From Bacteroidales bacterium (lineage in GTDB: Bacteria > Bacteroidota > Bacteroidia > Bacteroidales > UBA3663): a stretch of 64,000 nt of DNA. Of the stretch, positions 41,706-50,216 are shown one piece after another. The notes beneath the pieces were generated by a model, which searched no databases, was not told the DNA's origin, and saw only the letters and a list, made by a program, of their open reading frames with translations. Location: positions 8,055 through 72,054 of the forward strand of contig JAZQQU010000095.1 in assembly GCA_045629225.1 (NCBI GenBank), written 5' to 3'. The translations under genes and the position numbers were made by a program. Every line of letters begins with the position of its first letter. The stretch's first letter is position 1.

Positions 41706-42308
41706 GTGAATCCTTACGACATCATACAGTTTTTTTATCCCGAAGACACTCCACTTCGTCGTCTTCTGGTGCTGCACAGTGAGTGTGTGCGCGACAAGGC
41801 TCTTGCCATCATGCACTCAGCTCCTCATTCCTCCCTCCTCGCTCCTCAATTGCTCAACCTCGACCTTGTGGTCAATGGCTCTCTGCTCCACGACATTGGC
41901 ATCCTTCGCACCCATGCACCTGGCATCTTGTGCCAAGGCACTGAGCCATACATCTGCCATGGCACCATCGGAGCACGGATGCTGCGCGACTATGTGGACA
42001 CACATACACTTCCAGACCCCGATGTTGCCATGCTTCAGGCCTGTGCCCGCATCTGCGAACGCCACACAGGTGCAGGCCTCACTCGTGACGATATCCTCAG
42101 TCAGGACCTCCCTATCCACCCAGCCACCGACCTGCTGCCAGAGACCCCTGAGGAGCAGCTCGTTTGCCTGGCCGACAAGTTCTTCAGCAAGTCGGGTGAC
42201 CCCTCACATGAGAAGTCTTTCGAACATGTTCGTCGTTCCATGATGAAATTCGGAGCAGACAGTCTGGCTCGTTTTGATGCTCTTTGTGCCACATTTAACA
42301 TAAAATAA
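41706..42308 (+). CDS. HD/HDIG-domain phosphohydrolase
   Basis: 200 aa with a GTG start. Metal-binding H...HD pattern (LVLHSECV...LLHDIG) and ...ERHTGAG. Confidence 0.65.
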   Translation: MNPYDIIQFFYPEDTPLRRLLVLHSECVRDKALAIMHSAPHSSLLAPQLLNLDLVVNGSLLHDIGILRTHAPGILCQGTEPYICHGTIGARMLRDYVDTHTLPDPDVAMLQACARICERHTGAGLTRDDILSQDLPIHPATDLLPETPEEQLVCLADKFFSKSGDPSHEKSFEHVRRSMMKFGADSLARFDALCATFNIK

Positions 42309-42341
42309 AGCCAGAAATTTGGAAATTATCGCGCGAATTAT

Positions 42342-42349
42342 TATATTTG
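42342..42349 (+). promoter_or_regulatory. -7 promoter box TATATTTG for dnaJ
   Basis: TAnnTTTG match 24 nt upstream of ATG 42373. Confidence 0.55.
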
Positions 42350-42372
42350 CGCGGTTTTTATGTAAAATTATA

Positions 42373-43521
42373 ATGGCAAAACAAGATTATTACGAAGTGC
42401 TCGGCGTCAAGAAGGACGCCTCTGAAGACGAAATCAAGCGTGCTTATCGCAAGCTCGCCATCAAATATCATCCCGACAAGAACCCCGGCGACAAGGAGGC
42501 TGAGGAGAAGTTCAAGCTGTGTGCTGAGGCCTATGAGGTGCTCAGCGATCCACAGAAACGTCAGCGCTACGATCAGTTCGGCTTCGACGATCCTGGCATG
42601 GGCGGCTTTGGAGGTGGTTCAGGCTTCAACCCATTTGATATCTTCAATAGCTTTTTTGGTGGTGGCAGTAGCAGTGGTGGCTTCAGCAGCTTCTTCTCAG
42701 GTGAGGAGCAGACGGGTCAGCGCGGTCAGAACATCCGTGTTCGTGTCAAGGTCTCACTGGCTGATGTCGTGACGGGAGTGGAGAAGCACATCAAGCTCAA
42801 GAAATACAACGAGTGTCCCCACTGCCATGGCACGGGTGCCAAGGATGGTACTGACTTTGAGACCTGCCCTAGGTGCCAGGGTCGTGGTCGTGTCATGCAG
42901 GTTGTCAACAGCCTCTTCGGCCGTATGCAGACCGAGAGCGCTTGCCCCGAATGCCAAGGCCTGGGCAAGAAGATTAAGACTCGCTGTTCGCACTGCCATG
43001 GCGAGGGTGTAGTGATGGGCGAACAGGTGGTCGACATCAAGATTCCAGCTGGCGTGGCAGGTGGAATGCAGCTCACCATGCAGGGCTATGGTCATGCCGG
43101 CAAGATGGGCGGCCCTGCTGGTGACCTTTACATCCTCATTGAGGAGGAGCAGCAGAATGAGTTCGTACGTCAGGACGACATTCTGATCTACAACCTCCTT
43201 ATTGACTTCCCGACAGCCGCCCTTGGTGGCGAGGTCGAGATTCCCTTGGTGCAGGGCAAGAAGAAGATCTCCATCAAGCCAGGCACCCAGCCCGATACGC
43301 AGATACGTGTTGTGGGCGAAGGTCTGCCCAGTGTGGACAGGTTTGGCAATGCATCGTCGCGTCGTGGCGACCTCATAGTCAATGTGGGTGTCTATGTGCC
43401 CGAACGCCTCAATGACACGCAGAAGCGCCTCGTGGAGCAGATGCGCGACAGCGAAGGCTTCAATGCACCTGCTTCTGCCTTTGCTCGCTTCAAGGAACAC
43501 GTCAAGTCAATGTTCTCGTAA
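42373..43521 (+). CDS. dnaJ: molecular chaperone DnaJ
   Basis: The start is trimmed to ATG 42373 ([12 protein letters not shown]). J-domain HPD motif ([10 protein letters not shown]), G/F-rich region and four CxxCxGxG zinc-finger repeats. Confidence 0.95.
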   Translation: MAKQDYYEVLGVKKDASEDEIKRAYRKLAIKYHPDKNPGDKEAEEKFKLCAEAYEVLSDPQKRQRYDQFGFDDPGMGGFGGGSGFNPFDIFNSFFGGGSSSGGFSSFFSGEEQTGQRGQNIRVRVKVSLADVVTGVEKHIKLKKYNECPHCHGTGAKDGTDFETCPRCQGRGRVMQVVNSLFGRMQTESACPECQGLGKKIKTRCSHCHGEGVVMGEQVVDIKIPAGVAGGMQLTMQGYGHAGKMGGPAGDLYILIEEEQQNEFVRQDDILIYNLLIDFPTAALGGEVEIPLVQGKKKISIKPGTQPDTQIRVVGEGLPSVDRFGNASSRRGDLIVNVGVYVPERLNDTQKRLVEQMRDSEGFNAPASAFARFKEHVKSMFS

Positions 43522-43525
43522 CCGT

Positions 43526-43800
43526 TGTGTGCCCACAATTGCTCGCCAGCACTTCTGACAAAAAATTGTGGACGCACAATTGCTCGCCAGAGTTTCTGGC
43601 AGAAAAATGTGGACGCACAATTGCTCGCCAGGGTTTCTGTCAGAGAATTGTGGACGCACAATGACTTGCCAGAGTTACTGTCAGAGAATTGTGGACGCAC
43701 AATATCTTTTCAGGATTCCTGACATAAAATCGAGCTCTCGAAAAGTTTGCCAGAACTGCTGGCGGATAAAAATTTCGTACACAAAAGTCATCTCGGCTTT
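43526..43800. repeat. tandem array, exact 41-bp period, ~6.5 units with twin palindromes; same family as 5664-5885
   Basis: Unit starts tgtggacgcacaat lie at 43567, 43608, 43649 and 43690, with a degenerate unit at 43526. Each unit has ATTGTG-gacg-CACAAT and GCCAGA-gtt-TCTGGC. From 43730 the units switch to the tcgagctctcgaaaagtttgccaga... type seen at 5.7 kb. Confidence 0.9.
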
Positions 43801-43843
43801 CATTCATCTCTCTGTAATATTTTTACCAATTATTTCTATATCT

Positions 43844-45397
43844 ATGCTTAAACAAATTCGTCGCCTTCTGGCTCTCATTTTCTTCGTGGGCCTCACCTGG
43901 CTGTTCCTCGACTTCACAGGCACAGCACAGTCTTTGGTAGGTTGGATGTCCAAAGTGCAGTTCCTTCCCGCCGTCCTGGCCGTCAACGTGGCCGTCGTTG
44001 TCGTGCTCGTATTGCTCACTCTTGTGTTCGGCCGCATCTATTGTTCGGTCATCTGTCCGTTGGGCGTGCTTCAGGACCTCATTTCCTGGGTGGCTGGCAA
44101 GCTCAACTTCAACAAGAACCAGCGTAAGTTCGGACGTTTCAAGTACGATGACGTGAAGTGGCACAAGATGCTTCGCGTGGTCATCTTTGCACTCTTCCTC
44201 GTGGCTCTGGTGGCAGGTTTTGGCACCTTCGTCCAGCTGCTGGCGCCTTACAGCTCGTTCGGACGTATGGTTACCCTCTTGCTCAAGCCACTCTATGAGA
44301 TGGGCAACAATGTCCTCGCCTCACAGGCTGAGGAGGTAGGAAGTTTCCAGTATTATCAGGTTGATGTCTGGCAGCGTAGCCTCCCAGTCACCATCCTGGC
44401 TGCCTGTACCTTCCTGATCGTGGCCATCATGGCATGGGTGGGTGGTCGTGCCTATTGCAACAATATCTGTCCAGTAGGCACCCTGCTTGGTTTCCTCTCA
44501 CGTCGCAGCTTCTATCGCGTCAACATCGATGCTGACAAATGCAAGAACTGTGGTCTCTGTGCCCGCAAGTGCAAGGGTTCGGCCATCGACTTCAAGAATC
44601 ACACCGTCGATGCCTCACGCTGTGTCGATTGCTTCGACTGCCTCGACACTTGCAAGCACGGAGCTCTCTCGTACAGCCTTGCCAAAACAGCAAAAGAACA
44701 AAACAACCAAACAACAAAAGAACCAAACAACGCAGCTCCAGCTTCCTCCGACCCCACCCGTCGCGCCTTCCTCACCGCCACTGCCACCATCCTGGCAGCT
44801 TCGGCCCTGAAGGCTGAGGAGAAGACCACCGATGGTGGATTCAAGGCTCTGATTGACAAGGAGGCTCCAAAGCGTCAGCGTCCGATCTGTCCTCCTGGTG
44901 CTGTGAGCCTGCGTCACTTGCAGCAGCGTTGCACAGGCTGTCAGCTTTGTGTCAGCGAGTGCCCGAATGGTGTGCTTCGTCCCAGTGGCGATCTGATGAA
45001 CATGATGGCTCCTGTCATGAGCTTTGAGCGTGGCTATTGTCGTCCTGAGTGTACCCGTTGCTCAGATGTCTGCCCTGCTGGTGCCATCATCAAGTTCGAG
45101 GGAGACAAGGCCGAACGTCAGGCAGTCAAGGCCAGCACCAAGGTGGGTACTGCCCACTGGATCAAGGAGAACTGCGTGGTGCTCAACGATGGCGTCAGCT
45201 GTGGTGCTTGTGCTCGTCGTTGTCCTCAGCATGCCATCCAGATGGTGCCCAGCGTAGCCGACGATCCTAAGTCTCCTAAGATTCCGGTCATTGACGAGGA
45301 GAAGTGCATCGGTTGCGGTGCTTGCGAGAATCTCTGTCCATCACGTCCATTCTCGGCCATCTATGTCGAGGGTGTCGATACCCAGCGTGAGATCTGA
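43844..45397 (+). CDS. membrane polyferredoxin: NapH/MauN-like module fused to NapG/MauM-like four-cluster ferredoxin via an internal twin-arginine hydrophobic segment
   Basis: The start is trimmed to ATG 43844, because the track ORF from 43568 translates the 41-bp array. Four TM helices with CxxxCP after TM2 and TM4 (RIYCSVICPLG, RAYCNNICPVG). Cluster motifs CKNCGLCARKC and CVDCFDCLDTC. Linker, then TRRAFLTATATILAASALKA. Then CTGCQLCVSECP, CRPECTRCSDVCP, CGACARRCP and CIGCGACENLCP. Confidence 0.7.
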   Translation: MLKQIRRLLALIFFVGLTWLFLDFTGTAQSLVGWMSKVQFLPAVLAVNVAVVVVLVLLTLVFGRIYCSVICPLGVLQDLISWVAGKLNFNKNQRKFGRFKYDDVKWHKMLRVVIFALFLVALVAGFGTFVQLLAPYSSFGRMVTLLLKPLYEMGNNVLASQAEEVGSFQYYQVDVWQRSLPVTILAACTFLIVAIMAWVGGRAYCNNICPVGTLLGFLSRRSFYRVNIDADKCKNCGLCARKCKGSAIDFKNHTVDASRCVDCFDCLDTCKHGALSYSLAKTAKEQNNQTTKEPNNAAPASSDPTRRAFLTATATILAASALKAEEKTTDGGFKALIDKEAPKRQRPICPPGAVSLRHLQQRCTGCQLCVSECPNGVLRPSGDLMNMMAPVMSFERGYCRPECTRCSDVCPAGAIIKFEGDKAERQAVKASTKVGTAHWIKENCVVLNDGVSCGACARRCPQHAIQMVPSVADDPKSPKIPVIDEEKCIGCGACENLCPSRPFSAIYVEGVDTQREI

Positions 45398-45454
45398 TAT
45401 CATTTTTGTCCTTCACACAACCAAAGGACAAATCAACAAAACAACAAAGCAACA

Positions 45455-46882
45455 ATGAAACATATAATCGATCGTCGTGAGTTCCTCCAGCGCCTTGGCT
45501 TGGGTGCAGCAGCTGTGGCTACTGCTTCGGCCTTGCCATCGTGCATCACGGCTCCAAAGCCTTCGGAGGAGGGCGACTTCAACCCCAAGGGTGGTCCGTT
45601 CAGCGAAGATCAGCTGGGCGAGATGACCTATCGTGTGAACCCTGCCAATGGTGACAAAGTCAGCATCCTCGGCTATGGCTGTATGCGTTTCCCTCAGCGC
45701 ACCGATGGTAAGACTGCCCCTGATGGCAATGACCTCGATCAGGAGAAGATCAACGAACTCGTCAAGTATGCCATGGATCATGGTGTCAACTACTATGACA
45801 CAAGCCCTGCTTACCTGAAGGGCTACTCTGAGCGTTCGGTAGGCATCGCTCTCAAGGCTACGGGACGTCCTCGTGAGTCATATTACATTGCCACGAAGCT
45901 CTCTAACTTCGCTCCTCAGCAGCAGACGCGTGAGGCTTCGCAGGAGATGTTGCACAACTCCCTCAAGTACCTGCAGACTGACTATATCGACTACCTCCTG
46001 CTTCACTCCATCGGTGGCGGTGGTATGAAGAACTTCAACCAGCGCTACATGGATAATGGCATCCTCGACTGGCTCGTCGAACAGAAGCAGAAGGGTGTGA
46101 TCCGCAACCTGGGCTTCTCGTTCCATGGCGAGGCTGAAGTCTTTGAGACCATGCTCAAGTGGCACGACGAGGGTCGCTATCACTGGGATTTCGTCCAGAT
46201 CCAGATGAACTACCTCGACTGGAACAATGGCAACAAGCAGGAGGGTCGTAGCATCAATGCAGAGTATCTCTATGACGAACTCGACAAGCGCGAAATCCCT
46301 GTGGTCATCATGGAACCACTGCTTGGTGGCCGATTGAGCAACCTGCCCAACCATGTCATAGCTCACCTCAAGGCTCGTCTGCCTCAAATGAGTGCAGCTT
46401 CGTGGGCCTTCCGTTTCTGCGGTACTTATCCACGCGTGCTCAGCGCCCTCTCTGGCATGACCTACATGGAACATCTGCAGGACAACCTCCGCAGCTTCTC
46501 GCCTCTGGTGCCACTGACTCAGGAAGAGCTCGACTACCTCGAAGGTGCAGCCAAGCTGCTCATCAAGTATCCGCTCATCCCATGTAATGACTGCAAGTAT
46601 TGCATGCCTTGCGAATACGGTTTGGACATCCCAGGCATCTTCGTACATTATAATAAATGTGTCAACGAAGGTGTGCTCCCAGGCAGTCCTGAGGATGAGA
46701 ACTACAGCGAGCTGCGTCGCAACTATCTCATCAGCTACAATCGTGCCATCCCTACGCTCCGTCAGGCCGACCATTGCATCAACTGCAACAAATGTACTCC
46801 TCACTGCCCGCAGAACATCCGGATTCCACAGCAGCTTGAGAAGATCAATGCAGCCATCGAGCAGTTGAAGCGCCATGGTTAA
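45455..46882 (+). CDS. aldo/keto reductase with C-terminal Fe-S cluster domain, predicted Tat-exported lipoprotein
   Basis: 475 aa. Twin-arginine signal DRREFLQRLGLGAAAVATASALPSC with a lipobox Cys. AKR core (GYGCMRF, YYDTSPAY, IATKL, LLLHS). C-terminal CNDCKYCMPC and CINCNKCTPHCP. Confidence 0.75.
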   Translation: MKHIIDRREFLQRLGLGAAAVATASALPSCITAPKPSEEGDFNPKGGPFSEDQLGEMTYRVNPANGDKVSILGYGCMRFPQRTDGKTAPDGNDLDQEKINELVKYAMDHGVNYYDTSPAYLKGYSERSVGIALKATGRPRESYYIATKLSNFAPQQQTREASQEMLHNSLKYLQTDYIDYLLLHSIGGGGMKNFNQRYMDNGILDWLVEQKQKGVIRNLGFSFHGEAEVFETMLKWHDEGRYHWDFVQIQMNYLDWNNGNKQEGRSINAEYLYDELDKREIPVVIMEPLLGGRLSNLPNHVIAHLKARLPQMSAASWAFRFCGTYPRVLSALSGMTYMEHLQDNLRSFSPLVPLTQEELDYLEGAAKLLIKYPLIPCNDCKYCMPCEYGLDIPGIFVHYNKCVNEGVLPGSPEDENYSELRRNYLISYNRAIPTLRQADHCINCNKCTPHCPQNIRIPQQLEKINAAIEQLKRHG

Positions 46883-46905
46883 TTGTATAAATAAAAACCA
46901 CTGCA

Positions 46906-47757
46906 ATGAATTTCATTGAAGTCCAGGACGTCAGCAAGCAGTATGGCGATCATGTGGCTTTGAACCATGTGAATCTCAGCGTTCCTGATGGTTCTATCTA
47001 CGGCCTTCTGGGTCCTAATGGTGCGGGTAAGACCAGTCTTATCCGCATCATCAATCGTATCACTCATGCCGACAGCGGACAGGTCCTTATGCATGGACGT
47101 CCCATGACCGACGACGATATACGTCAGATCGGTTACCTGCCCGAGGAACGTGGCCTCTACAAGAAGATGAAGGTCGAGGACGAGATCATCTACCTTGCCC
47201 GTCTGCGTGGCCTCACCCGTTATGACGCCATGCAGCGGATGGGGGAGTGGCTCGAACGTTTCGACCTCGGCCAGTGGCGTGACAAAAAGGTCGAACAGCT
47301 CTCCAAGGGCATGGCGCAGAAGGTCCAGTTTATCACCACGGTCATCCACCGTCCGCCACTTCTGATCTTCGACGAACCCTTCTCGGGCTTTGATCCCGTC
47401 AATGCCGAACAACTCAAACGCGAGATACTGCGTCTGCGCGACGAGGGTGCAGCCATCCTGTTCTCCACCCACAACATGTCGTCAGTCGAGGAGGTCTGTC
47501 AGGAGATCTCCCTCATCAACCATGCCGAGGTGGTGCTGCAGGGCCGTGTCGATGACATTCGCCATCAGTTCCGAACGCATGTCTATAAGGTGCAGCTTGC
47601 CGATGGTTCGGAGTTCGACTACCAGCTCCCTGCAGGCCTCTCGCTCCACGATGCCATTACTCAGCTCAACGATCAGTATGCCCTCGCAGGCTTCCATGAG
47701 GTGCTGCCCACTATGCAGCAGATCTTCATGCAGGCTGTCGGTGCGTCCGACTATTAA
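46906..47757 (+). CDS. ABC transporter ATP-binding protein (ABC-2/NatA-like)
   Basis: 283 aa. Walker A GPNGAGKTS, signature LSKGMAQK, Walker B LLIFDEP. It starts 23 bp after the AKR stop. Confidence 0.85.
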   Translation: MNFIEVQDVSKQYGDHVALNHVNLSVPDGSIYGLLGPNGAGKTSLIRIINRITHADSGQVLMHGRPMTDDDIRQIGYLPEERGLYKKMKVEDEIIYLARLRGLTRYDAMQRMGEWLERFDLGQWRDKKVEQLSKGMAQKVQFITTVIHRPPLLIFDEPFSGFDPVNAEQLKREILRLRDEGAAILFSTHNMSSVEEVCQEISLINHAEVVLQGRVDDIRHQFRTHVYKVQLADGSEFDYQLPAGLSLHDAITQLNDQYALAGFHEVLPTMQQIFMQAVGASDY

Positions 47758-47790
47758 CTCTCAACTCTTAACTCTTAACTTTTAACCAGT

Positions 47791-49140
47791 ATGAGCCGCC
47801 TTGGCCTAATCATACAGCGCGAATACCTACAGACAGTAGGCAAGAAGTCGTTCATCCTCACCACGGTGCTTGTGCCCGTGCTGAGCATCCTGTTGTGCGT
47901 TGTCATGCCCATCATGCTTGCTGGCGTGCATAGTGATGAGCTCAAGACCGTGGCCGTCATCGACCAGACTGCCGACCAGCAGTACGCCTCTCTGCTGCAC
48001 GACACTGACGACTATCATTTCGTCCCCCTTTCCAGTCCAGACTCTTTGTATTCGTCTTCGCACGCTGACCCACGTACCCTCTATACAACTGGCGATTACT
48101 ATGCCATTGTGCAAATACCCACAGATATCAACACGTCTTTGATTCTGAATGTATTTAGTGAATTTTCCGTCCCCAGTTCCTTGGGACGTGACGTAGAGCA
48201 TCTCCTACGTCCAGCCTTGCACAATACCCGCATTGCCAGCTACGAAATCGAAGGCCTGGAGCAGATCATAAAGGATTGCGACGTCAACCTTCAGATCAAC
48301 TCTGTGAAGTGGGGCGAAGATGGCGAGGAGAACATCTCCAGCTCAGAATTGAGTTCCATCCTGGGACTCGTCCTGGCCCTGGCCATCTATATGTTTGTCC
48401 TGATGTATGGCGCCATGATTATGAGTGGAGTGGTGGAGGAGAAGGCCAATCGCATCGTCGAGGTCATCATCTCTTCGTGCAAGCCTCTTGAACTGATGTT
48501 GGGCAAGATCATCGGTGTAGCACTCGTAGGCTTCACGCAGTTCGCTGTCTGGGCCGTACTCATTGGTGTGGGAGGGTCCATCCTGACCTCGCTCTTCGGC
48601 ATCGGTGCAACTCCCGATCCCTCGGCCCTACAAGCCTTGAACCCTGACACTCTGAACACAGTAGCTCTCAACTCGAGCAATTCAGCCATCTCCGAAGTGT
48701 ACCAGATGCTTCTTTCCATCGACTATACGCTCATCCTCACCTGCTTCATTCTCTATTTCATAGGTGGCTACCTGCTTTACGCCAGCCTTTTTGCCGCCTT
48801 TGGTTCGGCAGTCGATCAGCAGCAGGACACTTCGCAGTTCATGGGCCCCATCATGTTCTTCATGATTTTTGCCCTTTATGCCGGTATGTTCTCGATGGAG
48901 AATCCTGATGGGCCGCTGGCCTGGTGGTGCTCCATGATTCCCTTCACTGCCCCCATCACCATGATGGTGCGCTTGCCCTTCGATGTACCAGTATGGGAAC
49001 TCTCCCTTTCGCTCGGTGTGCTCTATGTCACAGCCTTCCTGACCCTCTGGCTGGCTGCTCGAATCTATCGCACGGGCATCCTGATGTATGGCAAAAAGTT
49101 TAGCTTCAAAGACATCATAAAGTGGATTAAACAGTCGTAA
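47791..49140 (+). CDS. ABC-2 family permease (NatB-like, large first extracytoplasmic loop)
   Basis: 449 aa. An N-terminal TM helix, a ~150-aa loop, then five or six TM helices, as in NatB-type ABC-2 permeases. Confidence 0.75.
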   Translation: MSRLGLIIQREYLQTVGKKSFILTTVLVPVLSILLCVVMPIMLAGVHSDELKTVAVIDQTADQQYASLLHDTDDYHFVPLSSPDSLYSSSHADPRTLYTTGDYYAIVQIPTDINTSLILNVFSEFSVPSSLGRDVEHLLRPALHNTRIASYEIEGLEQIIKDCDVNLQINSVKWGEDGEENISSSELSSILGLVLALAIYMFVLMYGAMIMSGVVEEKANRIVEVIISSCKPLELMLGKIIGVALVGFTQFAVWAVLIGVGGSILTSLFGIGATPDPSALQALNPDTLNTVALNSSNSAISEVYQMLLSIDYTLILTCFILYFIGGYLLYASLFAAFGSAVDQQQDTSQFMGPIMFFMIFALYAGMFSMENPDGPLAWWCSMIPFTAPITMMVRLPFDVPVWELSLSLGVLYVTAFLTLWLAARIYRTGILMYGKKFSFKDIIKWIKQS

Positions 49141-49172
49141 AATAGCCTGTTTTTCGAACAAACGATATTAAA

Positions 49173-49229
49173 AACACCCCAAAATGGCAAAAACTCATGC
49201 TGAAATTTTGGGGTGTTGATTTTTTTTTG
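49173..49229 (+). terminator. rho-independent terminator ending the 43.8-49.1 kb operon
   Basis: 13-bp stem aacaccccaaaat / attttggggtgtt followed by a 9-10 T run. Confidence 0.85.
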
Positions 49230-49237
49230 TATTTTTG
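49230..49237 (+). promoter_or_regulatory. -7 promoter box TATTTTTG for the glycan locus
   Basis: TAnnTTTG match immediately after the terminator T-run, ~115 nt upstream of wza ATG 49352. Confidence 0.45.
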
Positions 49238-49351
49238 CGCGGTATAAATTGTCTTTCAAACTTTCTAGCCCATCGAATCTCAGCCCTCGTGGTTGCCCTC
49301 CGTTGTGACAACCATGACCGTAGGTATGTCTTGACAAAATCATCATACAAT

Positions 49352-50203
49352 ATGAATAAAATTAGTCATTCCATGAATCCGAAGCTCTTGCACAAGGCAG
49401 CACGTGCCCTACAGCATACGTGTCTTGTAGCCCTACTTTTCCTGTCACTGTTCTCCTCTTGTTCCACACCCTACAACGTGGCCTATTTCCAGGATATGCC
49501 CTTGGAGAAACAGGTGCCCATCACTCCCCCTGTCAGCGTGCGCCTCATGCCTGCTGACAAGATCAGCATCCTGGTCAGCACACGCGATGCTTCTTTGTCC
49601 TCGCTATTCAGCCTCTACAGCAATTACAGCATTGGCAGCAACAACAGCAACTATGGTTACGCCAACCAGCGACCTTCGGAATACACTGTCGGTTCAGATG
49701 GCATGATCGATTTCCCAGTGCTGGGCCGTATCCCTGTGCAGGGCAAGACGCGTGAGGAGTTGCAATTGTTCATCAAGCAGCAACTCGTCGATCAGAATCT
49801 GGTCAAAGACCCTATTGTAACAGTCGAGTTTGTCAACCTCTATGTCACCATGGTGGGTGCTGCGGGTCATGTGGGTCGCATCGCCATCGACCGTGACCAG
49901 TTCACGCTGCTCGATGCCATCAGTCAGGCTGGCGACCTGGCCCTGACTGCTCAGCGCGAGAATGTGCGAGTAATTCGCGAAGTGGGTCCAGATCAGCTCA
50001 TTTCGCACGAGGTCAACCTGTGCTCGGCTGAGGAACTCTACAACTCGCCTGTCTATTACCTGCAGCAGAACGATGTCATCTACATCGAACCTAACAATAA
50101 GGTGAAGCGCACCACCACCGAATACGGCAGCAGCATGGTCAACTACACCTTCTGGGTAGGTCTCATCACCTCAGCACTCACCATCATCACCATCTTCAAG
50201 TAA
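49352..50203 (+). CDS. wza: polysaccharide export outer-membrane lipoprotein (Wza family)
   Basis: The start is trimmed to ATG 49352. Lipobox LFSSC. Poly_export pattern (YTVGSDGMIDFPVLGRIPVQGKTREELQ) plus an SLBB-like segment. Confidence 0.8.
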   Translation: MNKISHSMNPKLLHKAARALQHTCLVALLFLSLFSSCSTPYNVAYFQDMPLEKQVPITPPVSVRLMPADKISILVSTRDASLSSLFSLYSNYSIGSNNSNYGYANQRPSEYTVGSDGMIDFPVLGRIPVQGKTREELQLFIKQQLVDQNLVKDPIVTVEFVNLYVTMVGAAGHVGRIAIDRDQFTLLDAISQAGDLALTAQRENVRVIREVGPDQLISHEVNLCSAEELYNSPVYYLQQNDVIYIEPNNKVKRTTTEYGSSMVNYTFWVGLITSALTIITIFK

Positions 50204-50216
50204 ATTAGGTCAATCT

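Noticed and set aside
43526-43800. Possible CRISPR array (regularly spaced repeats).
   Set aside because: The entire 41-bp unit is conserved from copy to copy, so there are no unique spacers. The period is too short and no cas genes lie in the window.
43568-43843. N-terminal extension of the polyferredoxin ORF, with recurring peptides (DAQLLARVS..., WTHNCSP..., ENCGRT...).
   Set aside because: It is the in-frame translation of the 41-bp tandem array. Since 41 is not a multiple of 3, the frames rotate. The hydrophobic N-terminus of a membrane protein begins at ATG 43844.
45878-46906. A 342-aa ORF antisense to the aldo/keto reductase gene. Similar long antisense ORFs occur at 42754-43500, 18804-19631, 37473-38360, 34894-35703, 40213-41103, 22449-23048 and 50718-51350.
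   Set aside because: Each lies fully opposite a gene with clear family motifs. Their translations are low-complexity (V/L/A/H/G-rich), with no recognisable motifs and no own promoter box. They are typical stop-codon-poor shadow frames of GC-biased coding sequence.
49141-49351. Invertible (phase-variable) promoter upstream of the glycan locus, as in Bacteroides capsule loci.
   Set aside because: The only strong inverted repeat is the terminator hairpin of the upstream operon (49173-49217). No inverted-repeat pair brackets the -7 box, and no recombinase or upxY/upxZ genes are nearby.
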